DNA of 64,000 nucleotides from Promethearchaeota archaeon. Lineage in GTDB: Archaea > Asgardarchaeota > Lokiarchaeia > Sigyniarchaeales > SOKP01. Below the pieces are notes generated by a model. It worked only from the letters and a program-made list of their open reading frames with translations. It did not search any database and was not told the DNA's origin. Location of the stretch: contig JAHPZJ010000030.1 of the NCBI GenBank assembly GCA_019058245.1, positions 160,001 to 224,000 of the forward strand, written 5' to 3'. The position numbers and the translations under genes are program-made. This document shows positions 20,271 through 28,600 of this stretch, piece by piece; the stretch's first letter is position 1, and each line of letters begins with the position of its first letter.

Positions 20271-20369
20271 ATGGAAAGAAAACTACTATATATTATCGCT
20301 TTGTCAATTGGTTTATTATGTGGTATAATTTTAGCTTTTATTGATCATTTTATTAGATCTTTCATATAG
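20271..20369 (+). CDS. Small single-TM protein (32 aa), not in the ORF track
   Basis: MERKLLYIIALSIGLLCGIILAFIDHFIRSFI*, 27 bp before the SBP gene on the same strand. Confidence 0.5.
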   Translation: MERKLLYIIALSIGLLCGIILAFIDHFIRSFI

Positions 20370-20396
20370 ATAAAATCTTATTAAAATCTGTTAATT

Positions 20397-21521
20397 ATGA
20401 AACACACACGTAAAGTAAAAAGAGATAGTAAATTTGGAGTTATTTCTGTATTTATAATAGGATTTCTAATAGGGACATTTTCTACTAATTTTGTACTTCA
20501 AAGCAGAGGGGAAAGAACACATATAACAATAATTTATAGTTCTGAAAAGGCAAGTTGGATGACAGTTGCTTATTCTGATTTTATGGATGAGTGGCAAAAT
20601 ATTCATCCTGATGAACCAATCAGTATTGATATGCATCCTTATGGCTCTTCAAATTCAATCATTAGTATTCTTAATAGAGAAATTTATCCTACTATATGGA
20701 GTCCTGCAAGTTCTCTTTGGATGCCATTTTTAAACTCTAAATGGGCAGATTTAACAAATAGAAACGATCCAATAGTAAATATTAGTGCAGCAGTTAAAAT
20801 AATATATTCTCCCATAGTAATTGCTACTTGGGAATCGTTTAATAATACCTATAATATTAAGGGATTTAATGATGTACATAATCTGACAATAGATCCAGAT
20901 GTGAACATTAGAATGGCTCACACGGATCCCCGTTTGTCAAATTCAGGATTTATGACGGTGATTATGGCATTATCAGCAGCCTCTGGTATCTCTTCGGAGA
21001 ATTTATCAATGTCTGATCTACAAGATTTAACTAATCAAAAATGGCTCAGAGAATTTGAATCCAGCGCTGTGGTATATGGGACTTCTACTGGTTTCTTAGC
21101 GCGTTATATGAAAAATGAGGGACCAACTGCTTTAAATATTGCTTTTTTATATGAAAATTTAATAAGAGATATTTCCAGTACTGCTACAGGAGGAAAAATT
21201 ATTGCTGTTTATCCAGAGGAAGGAACATTATATAGCGACCATCCTTTTTGTATATTAAATGCTGATTGGATAACTGATCAGCAGAGAGTCGTAGCTGAAG
21301 CATTCCTTAATTTTTTAAATGAGAATGAAACAGTTTATTCTGCAATGGAATATGGATTTAGACCAATTAATCCTTCAATTGCATTAGATCCTGAAGTTTT
21401 TAATTATGAAACTAATGGAATTGCCTATGATCTTAATGTTCCTGAGTTACATATACCATTAGATGAACAAGTATTAATCAAAATCCCTGATTTATGGCAA
21501 TTGTGTAAAGCTACAGCATAA
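20397..21521 (+). CDS. ABC transporter substrate-binding protein, membrane-anchored
   Basis: N-terminal TM; SSEK..W, WSPASS, SPIVIA, TDP..SNSG, STGFL, YEN, YP.EGT..SDHPF, GFRP. Confidence 0.85.
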   Translation: MKHTRKVKRDSKFGVISVFIIGFLIGTFSTNFVLQSRGERTHITIIYSSEKASWMTVAYSDFMDEWQNIHPDEPISIDMHPYGSSNSIISILNREIYPTIWSPASSLWMPFLNSKWADLTNRNDPIVNISAAVKIIYSPIVIATWESFNNTYNIKGFNDVHNLTIDPDVNIRMAHTDPRLSNSGFMTVIMALSAASGISSENLSMSDLQDLTNQKWLREFESSAVVYGTSTGFLARYMKNEGPTALNIAFLYENLIRDISSTATGGKIIAVYPEEGTLYSDHPFCILNADWITDQQRVVAEAFLNFLNENETVYSAMEYGFRPINPSIALDPEVFNYETNGIAYDLNVPELHIPLDEQVLIKIPDLWQLCKATA

Positions 21522-21539
21522 AAAGAAATAATAATTAAA

Positions 21540-23216
21540 ATGATAAAGAAAAATTATAAAAGAAATCAATATTTGAAAGAAAGTTCTCAAGAAGAAGAGT
21601 TGAATTTACCTTTAAGTTTAAAATTAGATAGATTCTTTTCTAAGTCAATATACAGAAAAAGTCTAGATTCTATAGTAATTCTCTTTTTTATTTTGGTTAT
21701 TATAGGTCCGATAATCAACATTTTTTCAACGATTTTTCTAAATATTCCTGCTATAAATAAAGATGTTTTTAACGACCCATTGTTGGGAGATTTACAATGG
21801 CATAATATGTTGAGAGCTTTAGGATCCTCCTTTTCAATTGCATCAATAGCCGTAGGGGTCGATATTATTATTGCTTTTCCCATATCAATCATATTAACGA
21901 GATATAATTTTAGAGGTAAAAAAATACTTGATGCATTGGTAGATCTGCCAATGGCTGTACCTACTAGTGCATTAGGTTTTTCTATAATGTTATTTTGGGG
22001 AATATTTGGAATATATCCGGGATTTACATTGATTGTGCTTGGACACATAGTATTCACATTCCCATATATCGTGCGAAACATGAAGATTGTATTAGAAAAA
22101 TCCGCTGTTCTATATGAAGATGCCGCTCAAACCCTAGGAGCACCAGGATTCACAGTATTTCGAACTATTACGCTTCCATTGATGAAGGAGGGATTAATAG
22201 CTGGGGCTATCCTTGCATTTACGAGAAGTTTAGGTGAAACTGGTGCAACAATTATACTTTCAGGTTTAATAGAAACAGCCCCAATTCTGATTGTGGGATA
22301 TAGAAGGCAATTAGATTTACCCTCTGCTTCTCTATTAGCTGGAATACTAATAGTAATTTCTCTTTTACTACTCTTTTCAATTAAATTTATAACTCGGAAA
22401 ATAGGATTTCCAGTTAGTTCAGTATGGCCTAGAATAGAAAGATTTTTAAGTAAAAAGAATCTAAGACATATAAGAGATTTTTTAGCTTTAGGAATCCTTT
22501 TTGTTGTAATTCTTATCCCTGCTTTTTATATTATAGTAGAAATAATTGGTGCAAATTTTGTAGAGGAAGTTTTCTTAGGAAAAGATTATAAGTGGGCATT
22601 TTTATATACGAGTTTTATTTACTCAATTGAAATAGGAGCTTTAGCTGTTTTTATAAATTTAATTTTTGGAATACCTTTTGCATTTATAATTACAAAACGA
22701 AAGTGGGGAAAAGTAATCACCATTTTAGATACTATTTTAGATATCCCGATTGCAATTCCTTCAGCAGCTTTAGGATTTGCAACATTTTTATTTTGGGGTC
22801 CATCAGGCCTTGGTTTGTTTCAATCTGGATTTTTTATGATATTATTTGTACATATTGCTTTTACATTTCCATATATGGTTCGTCCAATTATTGGAGTTTT
22901 AGAATCTTCAAATAAGGGAGTTGAAGAAGCTGCTCGAACTTTAGGTGCTTCGAATATGACCGTTTTTAGGAAAATTACTCTTCCCAACATAAAGCAAGGG
23001 ATTATTGCAGGATGTATAATGACTTTCACTCGCTCATTAGGAGAGACAGGTGCAACTATTGTTGTAATGGGGGGTATAAGAACCATTCCTGTGCTTATCG
23101 TAGATTTTGTTGAGGCAAATGCCTATGCCTCAGCAATATTTGCGAGTGTAATTATTATGATTTTTAGTGCATTCTTAATTTTTGCATTACGAACAGTATC
23201 AAAAAAAAGAGGATAG
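21540..23216 (+). CDS. ABC permease with two fused TM domains (ModB/CysT/WtpB/FbpB-like)
   Basis: Two EAA loops (YEDAAQTLGA, VEEAARTLGA) and two FTRSLGETGAT motifs. Confidence 0.9.
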   Translation: MIKKNYKRNQYLKESSQEEELNLPLSLKLDRFFSKSIYRKSLDSIVILFFILVIIGPIINIFSTIFLNIPAINKDVFNDPLLGDLQWHNMLRALGSSFSIASIAVGVDIIIAFPISIILTRYNFRGKKILDALVDLPMAVPTSALGFSIMLFWGIFGIYPGFTLIVLGHIVFTFPYIVRNMKIVLEKSAVLYEDAAQTLGAPGFTVFRTITLPLMKEGLIAGAILAFTRSLGETGATIILSGLIETAPILIVGYRRQLDLPSASLLAGILIVISLLLLFSIKFITRKIGFPVSSVWPRIERFLSKKNLRHIRDFLALGILFVVILIPAFYIIVEIIGANFVEEVFLGKDYKWAFLYTSFIYSIEIGALAVFINLIFGIPFAFIITKRKWGKVITILDTILDIPIAIPSAALGFATFLFWGPSGLGLFQSGFFMILFVHIAFTFPYMVRPIIGVLESSNKGVEEAARTLGASNMTVFRKITLPNIKQGIIAGCIMTFTRSLGETGATIVVMGGIRTIPVLIVDFVEANAYASAIFASVIIMIFSAFLIFALRTVSKKRG

Positions 23217-24366
23217 TCTATTGCCAACTATAGAACTAATAAACGTTACAAAAACTTTTAATGAAGGTAAGGTTCTAGCTGTTGATAATATCTCTGTGAA
23301 AATTGAGCATGGGGAATATGTTTTTTTGATAGGACCTACTGGATGTGGGAAAACCACAACACTTAGAATGATTGCGGGACTTGAAGATCCTACTAAAGGT
23401 AAATTTTTGATTGATGGAAAAGACGTTAAAGGCATCCCACCAGAAGATAGAGATATGGGTTTTATTTTTCAACATTTTGAAATTTTTGATCATTTGACTA
23501 TATGGGAAAATGTAACCTTTGGTTTAGAAATGCGAGGTTATAACGATAATTATATTATTAAGGAAGCTGAGAAAGCTCTCAAAACAGTTGATTTATTACA
23601 ATATGCTGATGAATATCCATCAATTTTTGGAAATCCAGGTTTACAAAAATTAGGAATAGCAAGAGCAATAGCAACAGGTGCTAAAATTTTGATTATGGAT
23701 GAGCCATTAGGATCTTTAGATCCTAAAGTATCCAAAGTTTTTCGTCATGAATTAAGAAATTTAGTAAAAGATTTAGGTCTCACAGCTATACATGTCACTC
23801 ATAATCAAGAAGAAGCGATGGCTATAGCCGATAAAATTATAATTATGAGAGGAGGAAAATTACTTCAGATGGGATCTCCTTATGAGTTATATGAAAATCC
23901 AAATAGTATATTTGTTGCAAATTTTTTAGGAGAAACTAATTTTCTTCAAGGATTTGTTTTAAAATTACTTGAAAATGAAGAAATGGAGATTAGAATACGT
24001 TTAGGAGGTCCAAAATTAAAAACGCATAATTTTGGTAACAAATTTGATTTAGATGATAATATAGTAATCGCTTATCGATTTGAAGATGTATATTTATTTC
24101 CAGAAGACTATAATTTTAAAAATAGTCAATATGATTGGTCTCAAATGGAATTATTTGAAGTAATTTTAGAAACATCAAGATTTATTGGGGCAACAAAAAG
24201 ATTTTACTTAACATTGGATAACAATGAGAAGTTTATTTCGGTAAAACCAGGAAATTTTGAGGAAAATTTCATCTCTGGAAAAAAATTGATAGTTGGAATT
24301 CACAAAGATGATATTCATGTATTTAAAGCCCCTGATAACTTATTATCTGAACTTTCTTTATCGTAG
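23182..24366 (+). CDS. ABC ATP-binding subunit A with a degenerate signature; likely start TTG at 23221
   Basis: GPTGCGKT, Q-loop FQ, IMDEP, VTHNQ; signature FGNPG in place of LSGGQ; C-terminal TOBE-like region. Confidence 0.9.
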   Translation: MHYEQYQKKEDSLLPTIELINVTKTFNEGKVLAVDNISVKIEHGEYVFLIGPTGCGKTTTLRMIAGLEDPTKGKFLIDGKDVKGIPPEDRDMGFIFQHFEIFDHLTIWENVTFGLEMRGYNDNYIIKEAEKALKTVDLLQYADEYPSIFGNPGLQKLGIARAIATGAKILIMDEPLGSLDPKVSKVFRHELRNLVKDLGLTAIHVTHNQEEAMAIADKIIIMRGGKLLQMGSPYELYENPNSIFVANFLGETNFLQGFVLKLLENEEMEIRIRLGGPKLKTHNFGNKFDLDDNIVIAYRFEDVYLFPEDYNFKNSQYDWSQMELFEVILETSRFIGATKRFYLTLDNNEKFISVKPGNFEENFISGKKLIVGIHKDDIHVFKAPDNLLSELSLS

Positions 24367-24377
24367 GTGAGAAACTA

Positions 24378-25601
24378 TTGGTAAATATTAAACTTAAATG
24401 CATCTTTAAAAAGTTTAGAAATTTCACAGCTTTAGAAAATATTTCACTAGAGATAAAAGATAAAGAATATTTTATTATTTTAGGCCCTACTGGTGCTGGT
24501 AAAACTACTTTACTTAAACTTATTGCTGGTCTTCTTAAGCCTGATTCGGGAAAGATATTTTTCGATGAGCAGGATGTTACTAAGAAATCACCTGGAGAAA
24601 GAAATATAGGTTTTATGTTTGAAAACTATGCATTATTTCCTCATATGAATGTTGTCGAAAACATTTCTTACAGTGGAAGAGTTCATGCTAGAGATTCTCA
24701 AACAACCAAATCATTAGTTGAACAAGTATTAATGATGACTTTATTAACAAGAAGAGACGATGCATACCCAGATGAGCTTAGTGGGGGAATGAAACAGAGA
24801 GTTGCATTATGTCGGTCTTTACTCAATCTAGAACAAACTAAATTATTGATATTAGATGAACCTCTAAAAGCACTTGATGCCGGACTTAGAATGAGTTTAA
24901 GAAGAGAATTACTTTTAATGGCAAAATCTAAAGAATTAGGATTAACAGTAATTCATGTTACCAATGACGAAAGAGAGGCCATGATGGTAGCTGATAGAAT
25001 AGCTGTAATTAATGAAGGAAAACTTATTCAAGTAGGAAGTCCTCATGAGATATATTACCATCCAATTAATCTTTTTGTCGCAAACTTTATGAGTGAAATC
25101 AATTATTTTGATGGAATTTGTGTTAAAAATAAAAAGCTAGAATGGGATATTCACAGTAAATCTAAACAGGGGGATAAATTCTTCAATGAGATTCAAGAAG
25201 AATCTGTTCCAATGCCAATAGATATTGGTTTTGAAAATACTTTCGCAGGTTATTTAAAAGAATCATTGTATAATAAAATTCAAGATAATGATAAAGTATT
25301 ATTAGTTGTTCGAACTAACCACATGAAAATTCGATTGGGTAATCGCGTCAGTGAAAAAAGAAATGCAATACTGGGAACAATACTCCGTCGTAAATTTATG
25401 GGAGTATTTTACCGATTCGAAATACTTGCAAAGGTAGATCATAAAGATAAAGTGATTATTGTTACTAGATCAGCCACTTATGAAATCCATAATGCATTTT
25501 TAGAGAATTCTGAGGTAACCGTATATTTTCCTAAAGAATTGGGAATAATATTTGAGCACCCAGGTGATGAAATAATAAGAGAAGTATTAAAATTAGAATA
25601 A
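24378..25601 (+). CDS. ABC ATP-binding subunit B with degenerate Q-loop and H-switch
   Basis: GPTGAGKT, LSGGMKQR, LILDEP; FE in place of FQ, VTND in place of VTHD; GGTGA RBS. Confidence 0.9.
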   Translation: MVNIKLKCIFKKFRNFTALENISLEIKDKEYFIILGPTGAGKTTLLKLIAGLLKPDSGKIFFDEQDVTKKSPGERNIGFMFENYALFPHMNVVENISYSGRVHARDSQTTKSLVEQVLMMTLLTRRDDAYPDELSGGMKQRVALCRSLLNLEQTKLLILDEPLKALDAGLRMSLRRELLLMAKSKELGLTVIHVTNDEREAMMVADRIAVINEGKLIQVGSPHEIYYHPINLFVANFMSEINYFDGICVKNKKLEWDIHSKSKQGDKFFNEIQEESVPMPIDIGFENTFAGYLKESLYNKIQDNDKVLLVVRTNHMKIRLGNRVSEKRNAILGTILRRKFMGVFYRFEILAKVDHKDKVIIVTRSATYEIHNAFLENSEVTVYFPKELGIIFEHPGDEIIREVLKLE

Positions 25602-25653
25602 AAATATTAAATAATATTGAAATAAATAAGAAATTTAAAAAAAAAGAGTTCTC

Positions 25654-26337
25654 ATGAGTTCTTTAATGGAATGGTTTAAATCGCGTAATGAAGAAAACGC
25701 AATGAATTTAACATTAGTTCATACTCAGAAAGTACTTGAATGTATTGTCGAATTTGATAAAGGATTATCCTTCTTACTTGAAGAAAAAAACATAGACCTC
25801 GCATTAAAGGTTTTTTTTAGAGTCGATGAATTAGAACATCAGGCAGATGGGATTCGAAGAAATATTCTTAACATGTTATCACAGGCAGAACTTCCATCTA
25901 AAATTCGAGAGAATTTAACGCATCTTGTTAAAAGAATTGATGATATTGCAAATGCAGCCAACACGAGTTCAAGAATTCTTATCTCTATGAATCATAAGGA
26001 TTTTATGAATTTAGGAGAGGTTATCCATAAAAATATCTTAGAAATTTCAAAAATTTCGGTAGAAGCTATTAAAAAAGTAAATCTTATGGTAAATGAACTT
26101 TTAAAAGCAGAAGAAGAAAAAACACAACAGCTAGGGCAAGAAGTTAACCTTTTAGAACACCAATGTGATGAAAAACATTACGCAATCAGTCGAAGTTTGG
26201 TATCAAATAATCTTGATATAAATCCATTTAGTGCAATAGTGATTTATAATTGTATATCAGCTATGGAAGCTATTAGTGACAATGCTGAAGACGTTGCGGA
26301 TTATATCATTATGTTGACAGTAGCAAAAAAAATGTAA
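25654..26337 (+). CDS. DUF47 / PhoU-like phosphate transport regulator
   Basis: LEHQADGIRR, IDDIAN, LEHQCDE, EAISDNAEDVAD. Confidence 0.88.
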   Translation: MSSLMEWFKSRNEENAMNLTLVHTQKVLECIVEFDKGLSFLLEEKNIDLALKVFFRVDELEHQADGIRRNILNMLSQAELPSKIRENLTHLVKRIDDIANAANTSSRILISMNHKDFMNLGEVIHKNILEISKISVEAIKKVNLMVNELLKAEEEKTQQLGQEVNLLEHQCDEKHYAISRSLVSNNLDINPFSAIVIYNCISAMEAISDNAEDVADYIIMLTVAKKM

Positions 26338-26344
26338 TTCTAGT

Positions 26345-26953
26345 TTACATGTTTTTTTGCTTTTTTACATTATCCTTTAGAAGAATAATCGATTCCTCTC
26401 TCGCTTTCAGAAGAGATCTCTCTTTAATTCCTGCCATTTCTTTAGAGGGTAAGATTTTTTCCTTAATTACTTTTTTAAGAAGTAGATACTCATCTTTTCT
26501 GCTAATAAAAGGATCTACTTTTTCCTCATGAATAAGTTCTTCAATAGTTGTATTTTTTCCATTACAATTGCCTTCTGTTAGATCAAATCTAAAATTATTA
26601 TATACCAAAAAGCAATGTACCATTGGTACATAAGGAATATTATATTTTTTTAAAATTTCATTAGTTCCATTTGAGATTTCTTCCGTAAATTTGTAAACCC
26701 CTACATGCTTATAGAGGGGAATGTCAAGTTCTTCAGCCAAACCTGCAATTATTGCATGCTTAGTTGTACAAGTACCTATATTTTCTTTAAACAAAATCAT
26801 CCTATCCTCATAATCGGTATTATATCCATATTCAATATTATGGACAAAATCACAGGCTTCTCTAAATGATTTAATTCCAAGATCTATAAATTTTTTTGAT
26901 ATTTGTCCAATAGGTTTAATTTGAACATCAGGTAAATTAGAATATGTGTCCAT
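26345..26953 (-). CDS. Hypothetical protein, transglutaminase-like Cys-His-Asp pattern
   Basis: GTCTTKH, VHCFL, FDLT. Confidence 0.6.
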   Translation of the reverse strand: MDTYSNLPDVQIKPIGQISKKFIDLGIKSFREACDFVHNIEYGYNTDYEDRMILFKENIGTCTTKHAIIAGLAEELDIPLYKHVGVYKFTEEISNGTNEILKKYNIPYVPMVHCFLVYNNFRFDLTEGNCNGKNTTIEELIHEEKVDPFISRKDEYLLLKKVIKEKILPSKEMAGIKERSLLKAREESIILLKDNVKKQKNM

Positions 26954-27096
26954 TATAATCTGATTGATTATTTAAATAACTTTTATTCTTATCACTTAAT
27001 TATTATTTATTAAATTAATTCCTAAAAAATATAAGTAAAATTTAAGGAGTAATTTTTTACAAATCTAGATTTTACTCACTAGAGAGAAAAAAAAAA

Positions 27097-27750
27097 TTAA
27101 GAAATCTCTTTATGTTCTCCAGTTACCATGTAATGAACTTTCTCAGCAATTTTACATGCATGATCAGCACTCCTTTCTAAAAATCGTGCAATCATACCAA
27201 AAAAGGCACAAGATGTTATTGTTTTAGGATCTTCCATCATATATGTTAAACATTCTCTGAATATTGACCATCTCATTTTATCGATTTCATTATCCCTCTC
27301 CTCAAATTTATCGATGTATTTAATATCCGACTCATCAAAAGCTTTAAGTGCATCTTCAATCATTAGTTTTGTATGTTCCCACATATGCTGTAAATTTACA
27401 AATGGGGCAGGATAAGGTTGTTTTTTTGAAATTTCCTCCACAACTGATGCAATATCTTTTCCATATCTCCCTATCCTTGCAAGATAAGTAATCATTTTTA
27501 ATATTGTTGCTAACCTTCTGAGATCTATTGCCATGGGTTGATAAAGAGCTATTAATTTCAAAGCCTTCGCTTCAATATTAGCATCCATCTCTCTTATCTT
27601 ATGTTTTCTTTTCTCTGTAATTTTAGCTAATTCTATATCCTGAGTAGATAACGCCTTCATTGAATCATCTAACATTCCTAAAGCTAAATTACCCATATCA
27701 AGAACTTCTTTTTTTAATTCAAAAATTTCTCTATGTAATTCTTTAGCCAT
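27097..27750 (-). CDS. phoU: Phosphate signalling complex protein PhoU
   Basis: QPMAIDLR, RIG, D.EID, LERSADHA..IAE; downstream of pstB. Confidence 0.93.
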   Translation of the reverse strand: MAKELHREIFELKKEVLDMGNLALGMLDDSMKALSTQDIELAKITEKRKHKIREMDANIEAKALKLIALYQPMAIDLRRLATILKMITYLARIGRYGKDIASVVEEISKKQPYPAPFVNLQHMWEHTKLMIEDALKAFDESDIKYIDKFEERDNEIDKMRWSIFRECLTYMMEDPKTITSCAFFGMIARFLERSADHACKIAEKVHYMVTGEHKEIS

Positions 27751-27760
27751 AATAATTCAC

Positions 27761-28594
27761 CTAACCAAATCTTCCAGTTATATAATTTTCTGTTAATTGA
27801 TTGTTTGGATTTTCGAAAATTTGCTCAGTATTTCCAAATTCTATCAATTTTCCTAAATACATAAAACCTGTATAATCACTGATTCTTGCTGCTTGTTGCA
27901 TATTATGAGTTACAATTATCATTGTCCATTGTTTCTTCAACTCAAGTATTAATTCTTCTATCTTTTGTGTTGCGATTGGATCAAGTGAAGCAGTTGGTTC
28001 GTCCATTAAAAGAATTTCAGGTTCAACTGCTAAAGCTCTTGCGATACATAATCTTTGTTGCTGACCTCCTGATAATCCCATCGCAGATTCATCTAATCTA
28101 TCCCGAACCTCATCCCATAAGACGGCTCTCCTAAGGTTTTTCTCTGTAATTTCAGTTAAGATTTTATCGTCAATGATTTTATGAATTTTTGGACCATATG
28201 TAATATTATCATATACAGACATTGGAAACGGATTAGGTTTTTGAAAGATCATTCCGATTTTTTTCCTATTCAACCTTATGTCTGCATTTTTCGAATATAG
28301 ATTCTCTCCTTGAAATAAGACTTCACCCTCAATTCTGCATCCCTCAATTACATCATTCATGCGATTTAGGCAACGTAGTAAGGTACTTTTTCCGCATCCC
28401 GATGGTCCAATGATTGCTGTAACTTCATTCCGTTTGAATTTCATATTTATATCCATTAAGGCTTGAGATTCTTCATACCATAGATTCAAATTTCTGCATT
28501 CAATTACAGTATCATCTTGGTACATATTTGAATCATTTAAATTGTTCTTGTGTTCAATTTCTAACTTATTTTTATTTTTACTTTTAAAGACCAA
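27761..28594 (-). CDS. pstB: Phosphate ABC transporter ATP-binding protein
   Basis: [51 protein letters not shown]. Confidence 0.96.
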   Translation of the reverse strand: MVFKSKNKNKLEIEHKNNLNDSNMYQDDTVIECRNLNLWYEESQALMDINMKFKRNEVTAIIGPSGCGKSTLLRCLNRMNDVIEGCRIEGEVLFQGENLYSKNADIRLNRKKIGMIFQKPNPFPMSVYDNITYGPKIHKIIDDKILTEITEKNLRRAVLWDEVRDRLDESAMGLSGGQQQRLCIARALAVEPEILLMDEPTASLDPIATQKIEELILELKKQWTMIIVTHNMQQAARISDYTGFMYLGKLIEFGNTEQIFENPNNQLTENYITGRFG

Positions 28595-28600
28595 AACAAA

